A stretch of DNA of 64,000 nt from Phyllosticta citribraziliensis (Eukaryota), in assembly GCF_038025025.1 (NCBI RefSeq), contig NW_027117343.1, positions 1,860,001-1,924,000 on the forward strand, read 5' to 3'. Shown here piece by piece: positions 38,401 through 50,922 of the stretch; positions within the stretch are counted from its first letter, which is position 1, and every line of letters starts with the position of its first letter. A program made the position numbers and the translations under genes. The notes beneath the pieces were generated by a model. The model saw only the letters and a program-made list of their open reading frames with translations. It made no database searches and had not been told where the DNA came from.

Positions 38401-41400
38401 AGACTGCCTTCCTCTAAGAAGAACTATAGATTAAAATAGAAAGTAATAATAAAATAAGTTACTTAGGCCTATAGTAAATATTATAAAGATATAGAAAGTA
38501 GACTAATTAGTTTACTATCTACCCTTATATAAATACTATTAATCTTAACTTCTACTCTCTAGTCTCTCCTTTTTACTACTTATCCCCTACTTCCCTCTTC
38601 TTTACTTTCTACCCTTTACTTCCTTCCTTTTCCCTTCTTCTTATTATAACTATTATTATATAAGACAGTCTCCTCTAGATCCTTTAGCTTATTAGGTAGG
38701 ATATCTTACTTAGCTAAAGCCTAATTAGCTTAATCCTCTACCCTAGCTTAGTAGTATAAGTTCTAGAACTCCTCTATATAAATTTTATCTTTATACCTCT
38801 TATAATAAGCAGGCGGCTTGGCACCCTTTAAGTTACTAATAGTATAGTCTAAGTTACCTATACCCTAAAGGCAGTTAGCACAGCGGCCCTATAAGAAACT
38901 AGGCAGGTAGTAATAACTAATAAACGCGCGAGTGTCAGTGTTATTATAATACTTAGTATAGCTAACAGGGTTATTAATTCTAGTATACTAGATAAGAAAA
39001 GCATTATATAAGCTAGCTTAAGTTTTAACTAATAAGTAGTTAAATTACTAAGTAGAAACTATAATATATAAGTAAGACATGCTATTACCTAAGGCCAAGA
39101 TATACTCAGCGCGCTCTTACGCTTTAGAACTACTAAGGTATACCTATATAGTTAGTTAGATAAGAATCCCTTATATTAGTAAGATAAACTTACTCGCGCG
39201 ACACTCTCTATATTCTTATAAGAGATGTGAAGTATTAACTTAAAGTCCTACTTAATAGGCACCTTATTAGAGCTAACTAGTAATACTATAATATAAATAT
39301 CACTATTACTGCTATCATATAAAGTAGCAGGCAGCAAGTACTTAGCTACTAGAACCTAATAAGCTATAGGATTATAATAATAGTATATATAAGTAGGCTC
39401 TTTACCTTCTTCCTCTAAAACAGGCTGCGCGATAGTAAACTAGTAGTAATATAGCATAATAGGCTGGTTAGTAGCAGGCTATATAGCTATAGATAACAAA
39501 CCTCGCGTGACAACTAATAATACTAATTAAGTAGAACCTGATACTATAGTATACTATAGGTAAAGTAATAAGCCTACAGCTATTCCTAGCTAAATAAGTA
39601 AAGCCTAGCCTAACTAAGTCTTTATATAAGTATCCTCCTCCATAATTATATTAGTCGGTAAGATGGGACGATAAAGTAGTAAAACCTAGATATATAATAC
39701 TACTTAATAGCCTAGATAATAATTAGTAATAGTTAGAGATAGAATTAAAGTTTACTTACCTTAGGACTCTATATAATAGTCCTTATAGATACTACTAGCT
39801 AAAACAGCTCTCTAAGTAAGTGGTGACTATAATAGATTATAAATAATACTATATAATAACAACTTAACACCGCAACTCTTATATAATAGTAATAAGTCCT
39901 AATAGACTAGACTATAATAAGTAGCAGACACATTAAGTACATAGCAGCTAGGAATATCTACTTTACTATTAGTAGGGTATAAATTATTTAAATTATTAGA
40001 ACCTTCGCGCGCAATAGTTAGTTTACTAGATTATAGCTAAATTAGACTGGGGCAACAATGTACTTTAATAGGGAGCTTTAGATATAGCTAAGTAAGATGG
40101 CAACCTTCTATAGGTCGCGCAGTAAAAGAGATAGTAATAGAAAAAGAGATGGTATAGTAGTAGCCCTAGACTAATAATTATACTTTATAACTATATAGAA
40201 TGCTTAAATTACTAAATTACTACTATTATATATTATAAGTCTACGCCTATATAAGCGCCTATAGCTACTAATTCCTATAATTTCAGCTTCTCTTTAGGGG
40301 GGGCATGTCATAATAGGCATACACGCGCCTATATAAGCACCAGGGCCAGCATAGATAAACCTAGTATCACACAGTTATAAGAAGCACAAGCCTCACCTTA
40401 GGCAGCAGCCTACTATAGCTCAGGCTAAAACCTATAGGCTAGCACCAGCTACTACAGCCTAGTACTAGCTACTACAGCCCTAGGTAGATACTACATAACA
40501 GCCCATTAACACCTCACCTTTATAACTTACCTAATAATAACTAAGGACCCTTATATAAAGGACAAGAGGCAGAATAGTATAAAGGAAGGACTAGAAAATA
40601 TATAGGTAGTAAGTATCTTTTATATTTTATTCTTTTAACTTATTAGATTTAATTAAGATATATACGCATTCTCTAGCAGTTTACCTTTAGCCCTCACCTG
40701 CATAATAAGAAATCTGCAAGTTATAATAGTAAGGTAGGTATAGCCTTACCTATTTTACTTATAGCTAAGCCTAATAGTAGTATTTATTTCTATATTAATT
40801 ATTATAAGCTTAATAAACTTATTAAGAAGGACTACTATCCCCTCCTATTACTAGATAAGATAATTAGCTAGATAAGAGGTACTAAGTATATTACTAAGCT
40901 TAATATTAAGTAGGCTTTCTACTAAATATATATTATAGATAAGTAGACTAAGGACCTACTTATATTCTAGACCTACTATAGTACCTATAAGTACTTAGTT
41001 ATACCCTTTAGTATAGCTAATAGCCCTAGTACCTAGTAATAGTTAATTAATAAGTACCTATTCTACTATCTTAGTAAGTATACTACTATATATCTTAATA
41101 ATATCCTTATTTATAGCTAAATACTTATAGATTACTAATAATATATTAGGGAGGTCCTTACTTAGCTATAGGAGTATAGTTTATAAGTTAATATTAATAA
41201 GTATAAGTTCTATATCTAGGAAACCTAGTTTTTAGGTATTATTATCTCTACTAATAGTATTTATATAGACCCCTCTAAGATTAATATAATTATATCTTAG
41301 GAGTAGCCTATAATAGTAAAATAGGTCTAGTCCTTTCTTAGCACTACTAATTTCTACTAGTAATTTATTAAGGACTATAGTAAGACTACTAGGCTATTAA

Positions 41401-43801
41401 TATAGCTAATATATAAGGGTACTAATTAGTAGTAGACTAATACTAAATAATAGTTATTTAATAGTCTTAAGTATACTCTTATAATAGTACTAGTCCTTAC
41501 CTACTTTAACCTAGCTTATAAGATAGTTATAGAAATAGACTTATCTAATTAGACTAATAGTAGCCTTCTCTCCTAGTATAATAATAAGTAATAGCTTTAC
41601 CCTATTATATACTACTCTAAGACTATAGTACTAGCTAAGCTTAACTATACTATTTATAATAAGGAGCTCCTAGCTATTATCTATACCTTAGAGCTATAGG
41701 AGCCTAATCTTAAGGCCTACTAGATACTATTTATAGTATTTATAGATTACTAGATATTAAGATACTTTACTATAACTAAGTAGCTAACTTATTATTAAGC
41801 CTACTAGGCTAAGCTCCTCTTAGAATATAACTTTAAGATTATATATTACCTAGGCTATACTAATATTAAGGCTAATATACTTACTTACTATCCTTAGGAC
41901 ACCCCTACTACTAATAACCCCTAGTAATAAATATAATACTAAACCCTACTTCTAGCTAATAAGCTCTTAGCTAATATATATAAGTATTAGGAGCTAGCTC
42001 CTATAGATAATAATAATAATAATAATAATATATTTATACTCTAGTAATTACTTATAGCTAATATTATAGATAATACTAAGATAAATAACTAGAAGTGTTA
42101 TACTAGTAAGCTAGACTTACTATTTACTATTAATAGGTAGTAAAATATCTTTATAGATAGCTATTTTATTATACCTACTAAACTCTAGCCCCTCCTTATA
42201 TATTATATCTATAAGTAGCTACTTACTAGCTACTCTAGTTAAACTTAACTATATAACCTTCTAGTACCTTAACTTTAGTTTCCTTACCTTATCTTACTTA
42301 TATCCTAAGTTATAGATAACTACCCTAACTATATCTATATTTATAAGGCTTACCTAGCTATTTTAGGCTAGCTATAGCTACTACCTATTCTATTATAGCT
42401 ATAGTAGTATATTACTATAGACTTTATTAGCCTACTACTATATAGTAAGGGTATAGATACTATTCTAGTTATTTATAACTATTTTAGTAAAGTATACTAC
42501 TTTATTACTATAGATACTATAAATAATAGGACTACTACTAAAGCTATAGCTTATATACTTATAGACTATATCTTTACTATATATAGTTTCCCTCTCTCTA
42601 TTATCTTAGACTATAGTAACTAGTTTATCTCTTACCTATAGGAGGGCCTAGCTTATATTATTAGTATTAGTCTAAAGCTATCTACTAGCTATTATCTATA
42701 GACTAATAGCTAGACTAAATAAGCTAATTAGGACCTTAAGAACTACTTAAGATAGTTTATTAGATTCTATTAAAATAATTAGTAACTACTACTATCTATT
42801 ACCTAGTTTATAGCTAATAGTATATTATATAAGAGCCTTAATAGCTACTCCTCTTTTTATATTTATTATAGCTATAAGCTATAATTTAATTTTAATACTA
42901 AAACTATTATTTATAGTATCTATAGACTAATTATAGATACCTATTCTATATAACTATAGACTATATAAGCCATTACTTATACTATATAATAGGTATAGGA
43001 TAAGACTAAGTATAGTCTTATAGTTATATAATAATAAATAGCTATTTAAGCTAACTACTAGTATTAGAATTATATTATTAAACTAGATAAATATATATAT
43101 ATCTATATAGATTATATATATACGCTCTATAGCTGCCCTACTATACTTAATTTTAATAATAATAGTCTATATTAAGTTACTAATATATATAGTAACTAGG
43201 CTATACTATAACTACCTACTAGTTTATATACTTATAATAAATTTAATATCTTATACCTTATTATTACTAGTAATAACCTATTACCTAGGTAATAGCTAGC
43301 TAATAGCCTAGCCCTATAAGATAATAAGAATAAGAATAAGGATACTAATTAGGAAGTAGAGGAGATTATAGGCTACTAGATATTAACTAATAGTAGGCTC
43401 TAGTTTAGGGTAAACTAGAATAACTACCTACTAGACTAGGTATTTTATAATACTAATAATAGTAAGTTTAATAATACTTATAATATTATCTTATACTATT
43501 ATAAAAGGCACCTAAACCTTTACCTACTAGCTAGTTAGACCTATAACTAAGTAATAAGGATATTACTTACTAGGAGGGAAGGGGAGAGGGGGGGGGGGGT
43601 AGTATTATATACTATAATATATATAGCTTATATTTTATAGTATCTAGTACTTAGTATTTACTTCTTCTATATATGCTAGCTACTTCTAGTTAGCTTAAGA
43701 GTAGATAGTTATTCTATATAGGCTATATAATAACTACTCTTACTCCTTATCTATTAATTATTAGTAGTCTATATTAATTTACTCTACTAGGCGCCGTGAT
43801 A
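29473..43801 (+). mobile_element. Ty3/Gypsy chromovirus 'D' (RIPed); LTRs 29473-29671 and 43603-43801; interrupted by Gypsy C
   Basis: Direct ~199-bp LTRs; long PPT at 43572-43600; gag zinc knuckle ~30850-30895; YLDDILIYS at 41091; integrase; chromodomain-like WEVEEI at ~43350. Confidence 0.88.
32483..40728 (+). mobile_element. Full-length Ty3/Gypsy chromovirus 'C' (8.2 kb, less RIPed); 423-bp LTRs 32483-32905 and 40306-40728; 5-bp TSD GTAAG
   Basis: GTAAG at 32478-32482 and 40729-40733; PPT TTTAGGGGGGGCA before TGTCA at 40306. Zinc knuckle at 34531, protease ~34820, RT FVDD ~35996, RNase H, integrase, chromodomain ~38200-38370. Confidence 0.93.
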
Positions 43802-44241
43802 CTTATTAGTAGTCTATATTAATTTACTCTACTAGGTGCTATAATATATTATATATCTATATACCTCTTCTATATTTTAGCTAATTAGAGGAACCCTATA
43901 CTATAATAGATACCTAGAAGTTTTTAAGTATAGACTTCTTAAAAACCCTAAAAATAAGGAACCCCTCTTTAATAGAGCTTATATAAGCTATATCCTTACC
44001 TATAAAACCTATACCTAGACTAGATATAAAGAGATAATCTGCTAATTCTATAGTATTAAGAAAGAAGATAAGGGTCTAGGTATAGTTTTATTTATAGACT
44101 TAATAGAAGATAATAGGGGCCCTAGAGAGGCCTTAACTATATAAAAGAAGAGGGTATTTCCTATTTTAGCTAAGACTATAGCTTTATTTTTAAGGAGTTC
44201 TTATATTTCTTAGGTATTAGAATCTTTCTATTCTAGGGGGG

Positions 44242-44472
44242 TAAATTATATAATCTACCCTACTATATATACTTAATACTAAGTAGATACTATAAACTCT
44301 AAGTATTTAGTAATTATAAGGTAATAAATAAATAGATAAACTAGCTTTATAATTACCTAATTTACTCCTATATAAGTAGCTAAGATAGTAAATAGTTAAA
44401 TAGATAAGATAATATCTTCCCCTTATTATATAATTAATTATATATATAGACGCCCTACTAAATCTATAATTA
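44242..44472 (+). mobile_element. 3' LTR of the outer Copia element (RIPed), preceded by a polypurine tract
   Basis: Direct repeat of 12429-12659 differing by RIP transitions; AGGGGGG immediately upstream. Confidence 0.85.
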
Positions 44473-44983
44473 GATAATATCTATCTAAGGCTTAATTATA
44501 AAAGTTATAGCATATATAATAATAGTAACTATATTAGGTATTATAGAATTAGTCTCTTCTATTATAGAGCATCTATTTAATTTAATAGATAGCTAGTAGG
44601 GAGTATATAAGTGTTAACTATAGTAATAGGCGGTTATATATGCTATAACTTTTATAATTAAGCCTTTAGGGGGGCATGAGTAGCTGATTAGATAAGATGG
44701 TACGGAATAGGTAGATTAAAGGGCTTCGCGGCTACTTTACACCAACTACATGCATTCTGAACTACTCCTATAAGAGCAGCAAACATGGCAAACGCGCACG
44801 AATGAACGATGCTAGCTTGGTTCCCGCTACAGCGGGGTAGGAGTAGTTGCATGGACGGACGGTGAGGCCCGTGCCCGCGTGGCGGGACCTTACGGGAGCT
44901 TCCGCTTTTAATCGCATCCCCACCATGGCGCTTACCGTATTCCACACTCCGTCCCTCAACGTCCCATAAGAACAACATCCGTC

Positions 44984-46611
44984 ATGGCTCGGCCTGCTTC
45001 TGCTCAAAGCCCGCAAAGCTACCGCTCAGCAACACCGACGCGTGGTATGCCGACACACAAGCCGTTCGCTGTACGTGCTAACCTGTTTCATAGGAGAGCG
45101 ACATCAAGGCATCAAGAAAGCATCGCCCAGCCGAAGAAGCGCGCGTGTCCAGCAATCCCTCCCACCCCTCAAGACCTCTGACAGGAACGGCTCAGACGAT
45201 CGGGTGAGCCTTCTATCCCTCGGTATCGCGCACCGGGCTTACGAAGTAGTAGTTGCAACCCACATTGACGCAGCCTGCGGGCGAGAAGCGCAAGCGCTCT
45301 CGTGAGAGAGCCACGTTGGACCAGCCCACACACGAGCGACAGCGGTCGCTTTCATTTACGACAGAAGCACCGCACGAGGAAACAGCGAGCGAGAGTAGCG
45401 GTACCTACAATAATCCTATCGACTATTGGCGGAAACATCTACACTGGCCCCAGCGATTCTTCGAGTCTGGCAGCAAAATGAGCCACTTACTCGCAAGGAA
45501 AAAATCCCCTTCGACGCCTCGCCGGAATTCCCCGGCGTCGTCAATCGCTTCCCCTTCCACGCAGTCTGACCAGAGGCCGAGGGAATTAAAAAGCGCCCAA
45601 TACAGAGACTCACGTTACGATACTCTGCTTGCTTCTCACGGAAGTTTTATGCGCGAAGATGTTGTGGGCATTAGCCAGGAAAGCAAAATGAAGTACATGG
45701 CATTGCTATCTGGCGAACAGGCTGTGCCAGAGCGCTCCCTTTTTTCCGACGATCTGTTCAAATCTGCATGTCAGAAGATCGAAAGTCAGAACGAGGCGAG
45801 AGTGATCAGGGATATTTCTCTTCTCCTTGTTCCTTCAGCGGAAACCTTGGAAACCTATGGGGCCTCGAATCTGAAGTGCTTGGTTGAAAGTACAAACGCA
45901 GGCTGGAACAACTCAATCCCCATCACGAACCCACGCCCGCAACCGGATTACGCTGTAGGATTCCGGCGCGAGGCCTTCACAGCAGATCAGCTCAAGCTGC
46001 TGGACCCCTTCTTCGGCACCGCCTGGGACGAGTCATACTTCGCAGCGACGTGGTATATGTACTTCCCCTTCCTCACATGCGAAGTCAAATGCGGAGCGGT
46101 TGCGCTGGAAATTGCAGACCGACAGAATGCACACAGTGCGACGCTCGCTGTGCGGTCCGTCGTGGAACTATTCCGGCTGGTGAAGCGCGAGAAAGAGATT
46201 GACCGCGAGATCTTGGCCTTTTCCATCTCTCACAGCCATGACACTGTACGGATCTACGGTCACTATCCTGTAATCGAAGGGAAGGAGACCAAGTATTACC
46301 GCCATCTGATCGACAAGTTTCATTTCACGGCTCGGGACGGCAAGGAAAAATGGACGGCCTACAAGTTCACGAAGAATATCTATGACAAGTGGATGCCCGA
46401 CCACCTCAAGCGGATCAGCTCCGCCGTTGACGAAATCCCTCCCGATCTCAACTTCGACGTCCCGCAAGACCAGGAAAGTCAACATCATTCAGAGTTGGAA
46501 GGCTCGGCTTCGGTTCCTGGCCACGGTAGCGCGTCAGGTGTTGCAAATGCTGATGATGCAACTCCTGACACGTCGGCTTCCCGGGAATTCAAGAAGCCAA
46601 GAAGGCTTTAA
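44984..46611 (+). CDS. Fungal PD-(D/E)xK-like domain protein (DUF7924-type); exons 44984-45044, 45094-45203, 45253-46611
   Basis: Two GT-AG introns with branch sites (GCTAAC, GCTTAC) give one continuous frame. Blocks NPIDYW, NEARVIRDIS, PRPQPDYAVGF, YFPFLTCEVKCG, IADRQNAHS, VRIYGHY. Family name from recall, not from a search. Confidence 0.8.
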
Positions 46612-46815
46612 CGGCAAGGCAGGCCCTCTTCGCACTGCCGATGATGTGGTACATCAATGCTTGATTGCTCCCTATTCGTTACTAGTATAGGATATGATTA
46701 AATAACCTAAGCACACACTCTAGTCTAGAGCGGCTTGAATGCTCCCTGACGGTGATACCGATTCCCTACCTACTCTTGTGTGTGCCACGACTTTTCCTAC
46801 CAAGCCTCGGAATCT

Positions 46816-47130
46816 CGGTTGCTGGCGACGGTAGCGCGTCAGTTATTGCAAATACTGAAGATGCAACTCCCGAGACGTCTGTTTCACAGAGTTTGAAGAA
46901 GCAAAGAAGGCTTTGACGCCAAGGCAGGCCCTCTTCGCATCATGATGTGGCGTTTCCAACCTCCCAGGGTGGGTGTTGAAAGAAATGAGACACCCACGGT
47001 TCGTCTGTGGCAACGAATGACTGCTTCCTGAGCGCAACTAAGGTGGTACATGAATGCTCCTTAAGCGCAGGCATAGTGGCAAATGAATACTTCTTGAGGG
47101 CTATGATAGGCATGAATGAATGCTCCCTAG
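46816..47130 (+). repeat. Diverged tandem duplicate of the last ~35 codons and 3' UTR of the 44984-46611 gene
   Basis: 46816-46950 aligns with 46511-46650 (CGGTAGCGCGTCAG...GATGCAACTCC...AAGAAGGCTTT...CAAGGCAGGCCCTCTTCGCA). GTGGTACAT and TGAATGCTCCCT motifs recur downstream in both copies. Confidence 0.85.
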
Positions 47131-47597
47131 ATGCACTTATGTTGCCAGCAGGTCTCACTTCTTTCGATACCTACAGCTCCTGCCCGTGTTGTGCCTGCAG
47201 GCGACTGCGAAAACTGATGACCGGGAGCTGAACGAGCAGTGCTAGTAGGGCACCATCTAATTGGTTGATACGATGCCTACCTAGCCTGGTAAGGAATGGT
47301 AAGTAGAGAGAGATAGGGGTTGTTACCTATATCTCAGCTAGAGTCCTAGTTGTTTGACTAGTAGTATTTATCATTACTAAGATATAATAGGATGAAGTCT
47401 AACCGTGCCTAGTCTATACGTACCTACCTCACGGCTTACTGGATTACTAAACCACCTATTTCAACTGCACCTCGCCTAGGTTATTTAGTTAGAGTAGATA
47501 TCTACTCTATAAAGTGTAGAGGCTTTTGCAAGGATATCTTGAGCAGCACACACACACCCTCTTCCCACAACTCAAAGGTCATCTACGCCTATGTAGC

Positions 47598-50500
47598 CTA
47601 CTCAACGCGACAGCTCTCCGGCGGCCCCAAATAGCTCTCCCGCACACCCCCCATATCGAGCACCATCTTCTGCACCACCACGCCCGGCTCCAGCGCCCAC
47701 AGCCTCACCACGTGCGCGCCTGGCGGCACCACCCAACCCGTCCGACTCCTCCACGCCGCGTCCGCGACCGCCTCTTCCCATCCCGCAGGCAGTGCGCCGT
47801 CCGGCCGGTCGACCACGAACTGCACCGTCTGCGGCTCTTGGTCGTCGACGGCGACGGCGTAGCGCAGCGGCCGCGCCGGGTCCGTGTTCATGCTGGGCGA
47901 GAGGTAGAGCGTGAGATTGGCGTTGGGGACGGAGGCGTTGGACGAGAGCAGCGGGGAGAAGGTGAGGATGTTGTACGCGAGCGCCGGAGCGGTTTTCGTG
48001 GTGAGCGAGGGAAGCGTGCCGGGGGAGAGAGCGACGCCGCTGTGCGTGCGGCCGTACGAAGAGATGACGGTCCACTCGGCGGTGGTGTTGGCCGTCTCCG
48101 CAGCGACGACGGCGCTGTAGTGCGCTGCTTCGATGGACACGTGGCCGTCGGATTCGACGAAGCCGTTTGTGAAGGCCGACGGGATGGCCGTGCGGTTGTA
48201 AGGGAGAACGACTTTCGGCGCCGTGTACTGCGTCCCGTAGCCGGTGCTGGACGTGACGTTGATCGTCGTCGAGCCCGAAGCGTCGGCGACGGCGTCCCAG
48301 TCGATCGTGATGTAGACGCGAGTTTCTGTCGCATTTCCCGACGGCACAAGCATGCCAGAGCTTTGCGACAGCTTCAAGAACGGAGCGGCGGAGATGTTCC
48401 ACGAACAGGGTTGTGTTCCGGTGGAGAATATGTCGATCCAGCGTCGAGAGCCGAATGGATCGATAGGGGGCAGTGTCAAAGTGTCGCTGGAGAGATCGTG
48501 CCATTGGTCGTCTCCGGGAACGCTCGCCTTGCTCCCCTCTACCGACACTCCCATGTCGCCGTTCAGGCCTCCTTCCAGTGTTTGGACGAATTGAAGGGGA
48601 GGCGTGACTTGCCGCATTGGTTGTTGCCTGGCTCGTTAGCAGACGCCCCAAGATATGAATGCTCCCGAGGCGTTACTTACCAGTAAACGTATCCAAGATG
48701 GGTTTGGTCCATCATGTGGTTCCACTTTCCATCGAGAAGCGAGTTGTATCTCACTGTCAACTCATGGTCGTATCTGAACTTGCTTAAAACCCTGTCTGCC
48801 CAAGCATTTGCGCTCGTCCGTCCCTGAGCCGCATAGAGCAAGTTCTTCGCAGAGCTGATGTGTATATCATACACGCTCAAGCCCGCAAGCACCGGATGCA
48901 GCACGAGCTCGAAGAAGGAAGGCCGAGCCTCCGCGGACAGAGAGTCATAAATCGACTGAGCATCTCGTGCGAGCGTTTCCCATTCGCCAAGAACATTCTC
49001 CGCCTCTTCGTAATTGACTATACTGTAGATTGTGGAATTGAGTAGTTCGTACTTTCTCCTGGCGGCAAGCTTACCGTAGACGTCGACGACTCGAGCAGTG
49101 TCTTTTGCTACGGCTGCTCCGAACTCGCGAGTGGCCCAGAGCGAGAGCCAGTGCTCGGTGCTTACTGTGGACCACTTGTCGATGTCGTAAGCAAGGTCGA
49201 GGAAATGGCTGATGGGGATTTCCTGCGCTTGTCAGCATCGCTTGGGAAAGCGCTCGACAGAAACTCACCAGAGGCTTGAGATCTCCCACGTTGACGATCC
49301 AAATGTCCCTTGCTCCTCTTTCGTATGTCAGACGAAGCTGCTCCCAGGTCTTCTCTAGCTGTATCGTGTTGATCTGAACCAGTCAGTGATTTGAAATCTT
49401 TCGTTTCATTTGGACATACCCATTTGTAGTCTCTTGGATCTCCGACATAGTCGAAATGCTACTCTCGAGTCAGTCGTGCTACAAGTCGGTAGCATTCACT
49501 CACGTAGTAGATCCCAGCCCCGCCACTTCGATCAGTCTCGTTGCCCGTCGGCAGTCTCCTCATATTCCCCCAATTATCATCTGTCCAGAGCAGAGTAACG
49601 TCGTCCGGCACGCGCATCCCAGCCTCGTAGTAGCCCTGCACCTCCTTGTACAGACACCACATCTGCGGAACAGCCGTCACATTCCCATACACATCTTCCA
49701 GGATACTGCGCTGCGTGTCGACAATGTTCTCTAGCATGGCCGTCTCGATACCTGCACTTAGTGCCGTGTCCCCGCTTCCACGCATGCCCATGGTCACGAT
49801 TCCCTCGTAGGGTTTGGCGCGCTCGGCACCCTCGACGAAAAAGGGGTATATGGACGCGTTGTTGGTGTTCCACTGCCAGGCGCCCTGGCCGAAAGTTGTC
49901 CATTCGTTCGTCGCTCGCATCATTGGCTCCGTGTGCGAAGTGCCCATGACGATGCCGTACTCATCAGCGAGCGGCTGACTACGCGCGTCGTCGACATTGA
50001 ACATGCTCCCCCACATAGCCGGCCAAAGGTAGTTCGCCCGCAACCGCAGAAGGAGTTCAAAGACGTGGGCGTAAAAGTCGGCGCCGAAAGCAGAGCCGTA
50101 CTCCGATTTGGGGTAGTTGGCGTTCATCCAGCCAGTCAGCGCGGGGGCTTCGTCGTTGATGAATAGGCCGCGGTATTTTACGGAAGGCGAGCCTTGCTTT
50201 TTGGTCGTGTTCGAGGCGAAGATGGTGGATTGGCGTCTTGTTGGGACGTCGGCGAACCAGTGCCAGGGGGAGACGCCAATCTGTTCTGAAATGTCGTAGA
50301 GACCGTATATCGTCCCGCGCTTGTCACTGCCTGTTTACTTTAGCATCGATCAAGAGTAGAGGCAGCGCGAAGACGCATTTCAGAGAACGCTTTCTCCCCC
50401 TCTCTTTCGACTGAAAGCTTTCATACCTGCAACCACCAGTGCCCAGTCCACACCGTCGATCGGCGCGTGGACAACACCCGAAGCAAAAGCTTCCCATTGC

Positions 50501-50922
50501 CCTTCGACACCAGAAACGTCGACTTTGCCATCTTTCACCAATGTATCAATCAGACTGCTCTTCCCTACAGTCCCAGCAATAATGACACCAGCAGTCTTTT
50601 CCCCGTCCCCAGAAACATCCCACTTGCTCTTTCCAGTGACGTTAAAAATGACCGACGCATTCCCGCGGACGTCATTGCTCTCATCCAAGGTGACGGCGCC
50701 GTTCAGACCAGTAACACGTCCAAAGTCGAGCGCAACATCGTCCGCAGCGCGCAGAACGCCAGGCCAATCCGCGGCATCCAGGATCAAACGCACCGAGGCG
50801 GACGAGCTGGCGAGGAGCAAGTCGTCGGCGGTGCCATTGAAGGCTACAGTCTGTTGCTGGCCAAGAGCATCCACAGCAGCACAGAGGAACGACGCAGAGC
50901 CGAGACATAAGGGCAAACGCAT
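47598..50922 (-). CDS. Secreted glycoside hydrolase family 115 (xylan alpha-glucuronidase), multi-exon
   Basis: Signal peptide MRLPLCLGSASFLCAAVDA; motifs SVKYRGLFINDEAPAL, LRANYLWPAMW, MGTSHTEPM, LLWTDDNWGN, GDPRDYKW, WIVNVGDLKP, KWNHMMDQTHLGY, FVESDGHVSIEAAH; several GT-AG introns. Confidence 0.93.

Larger units (their letters stand above)
12429..44680. repeat. RIP-mutated AT-rich block of nested LTR retrotransposons (~32 kb)
   Basis: Abrupt loss of GC, extreme TpA excess and CpA/TpG depletion, no ORF >=60 aa across 32 kb. Retroelement motifs become readable after reversing C>T/G>A changes. Confidence 0.97.

Noticed and set aside
47526..48686. 386-aa plus-strand ORF
   Set aside because: Antisense shadow of the GH115 last exon.
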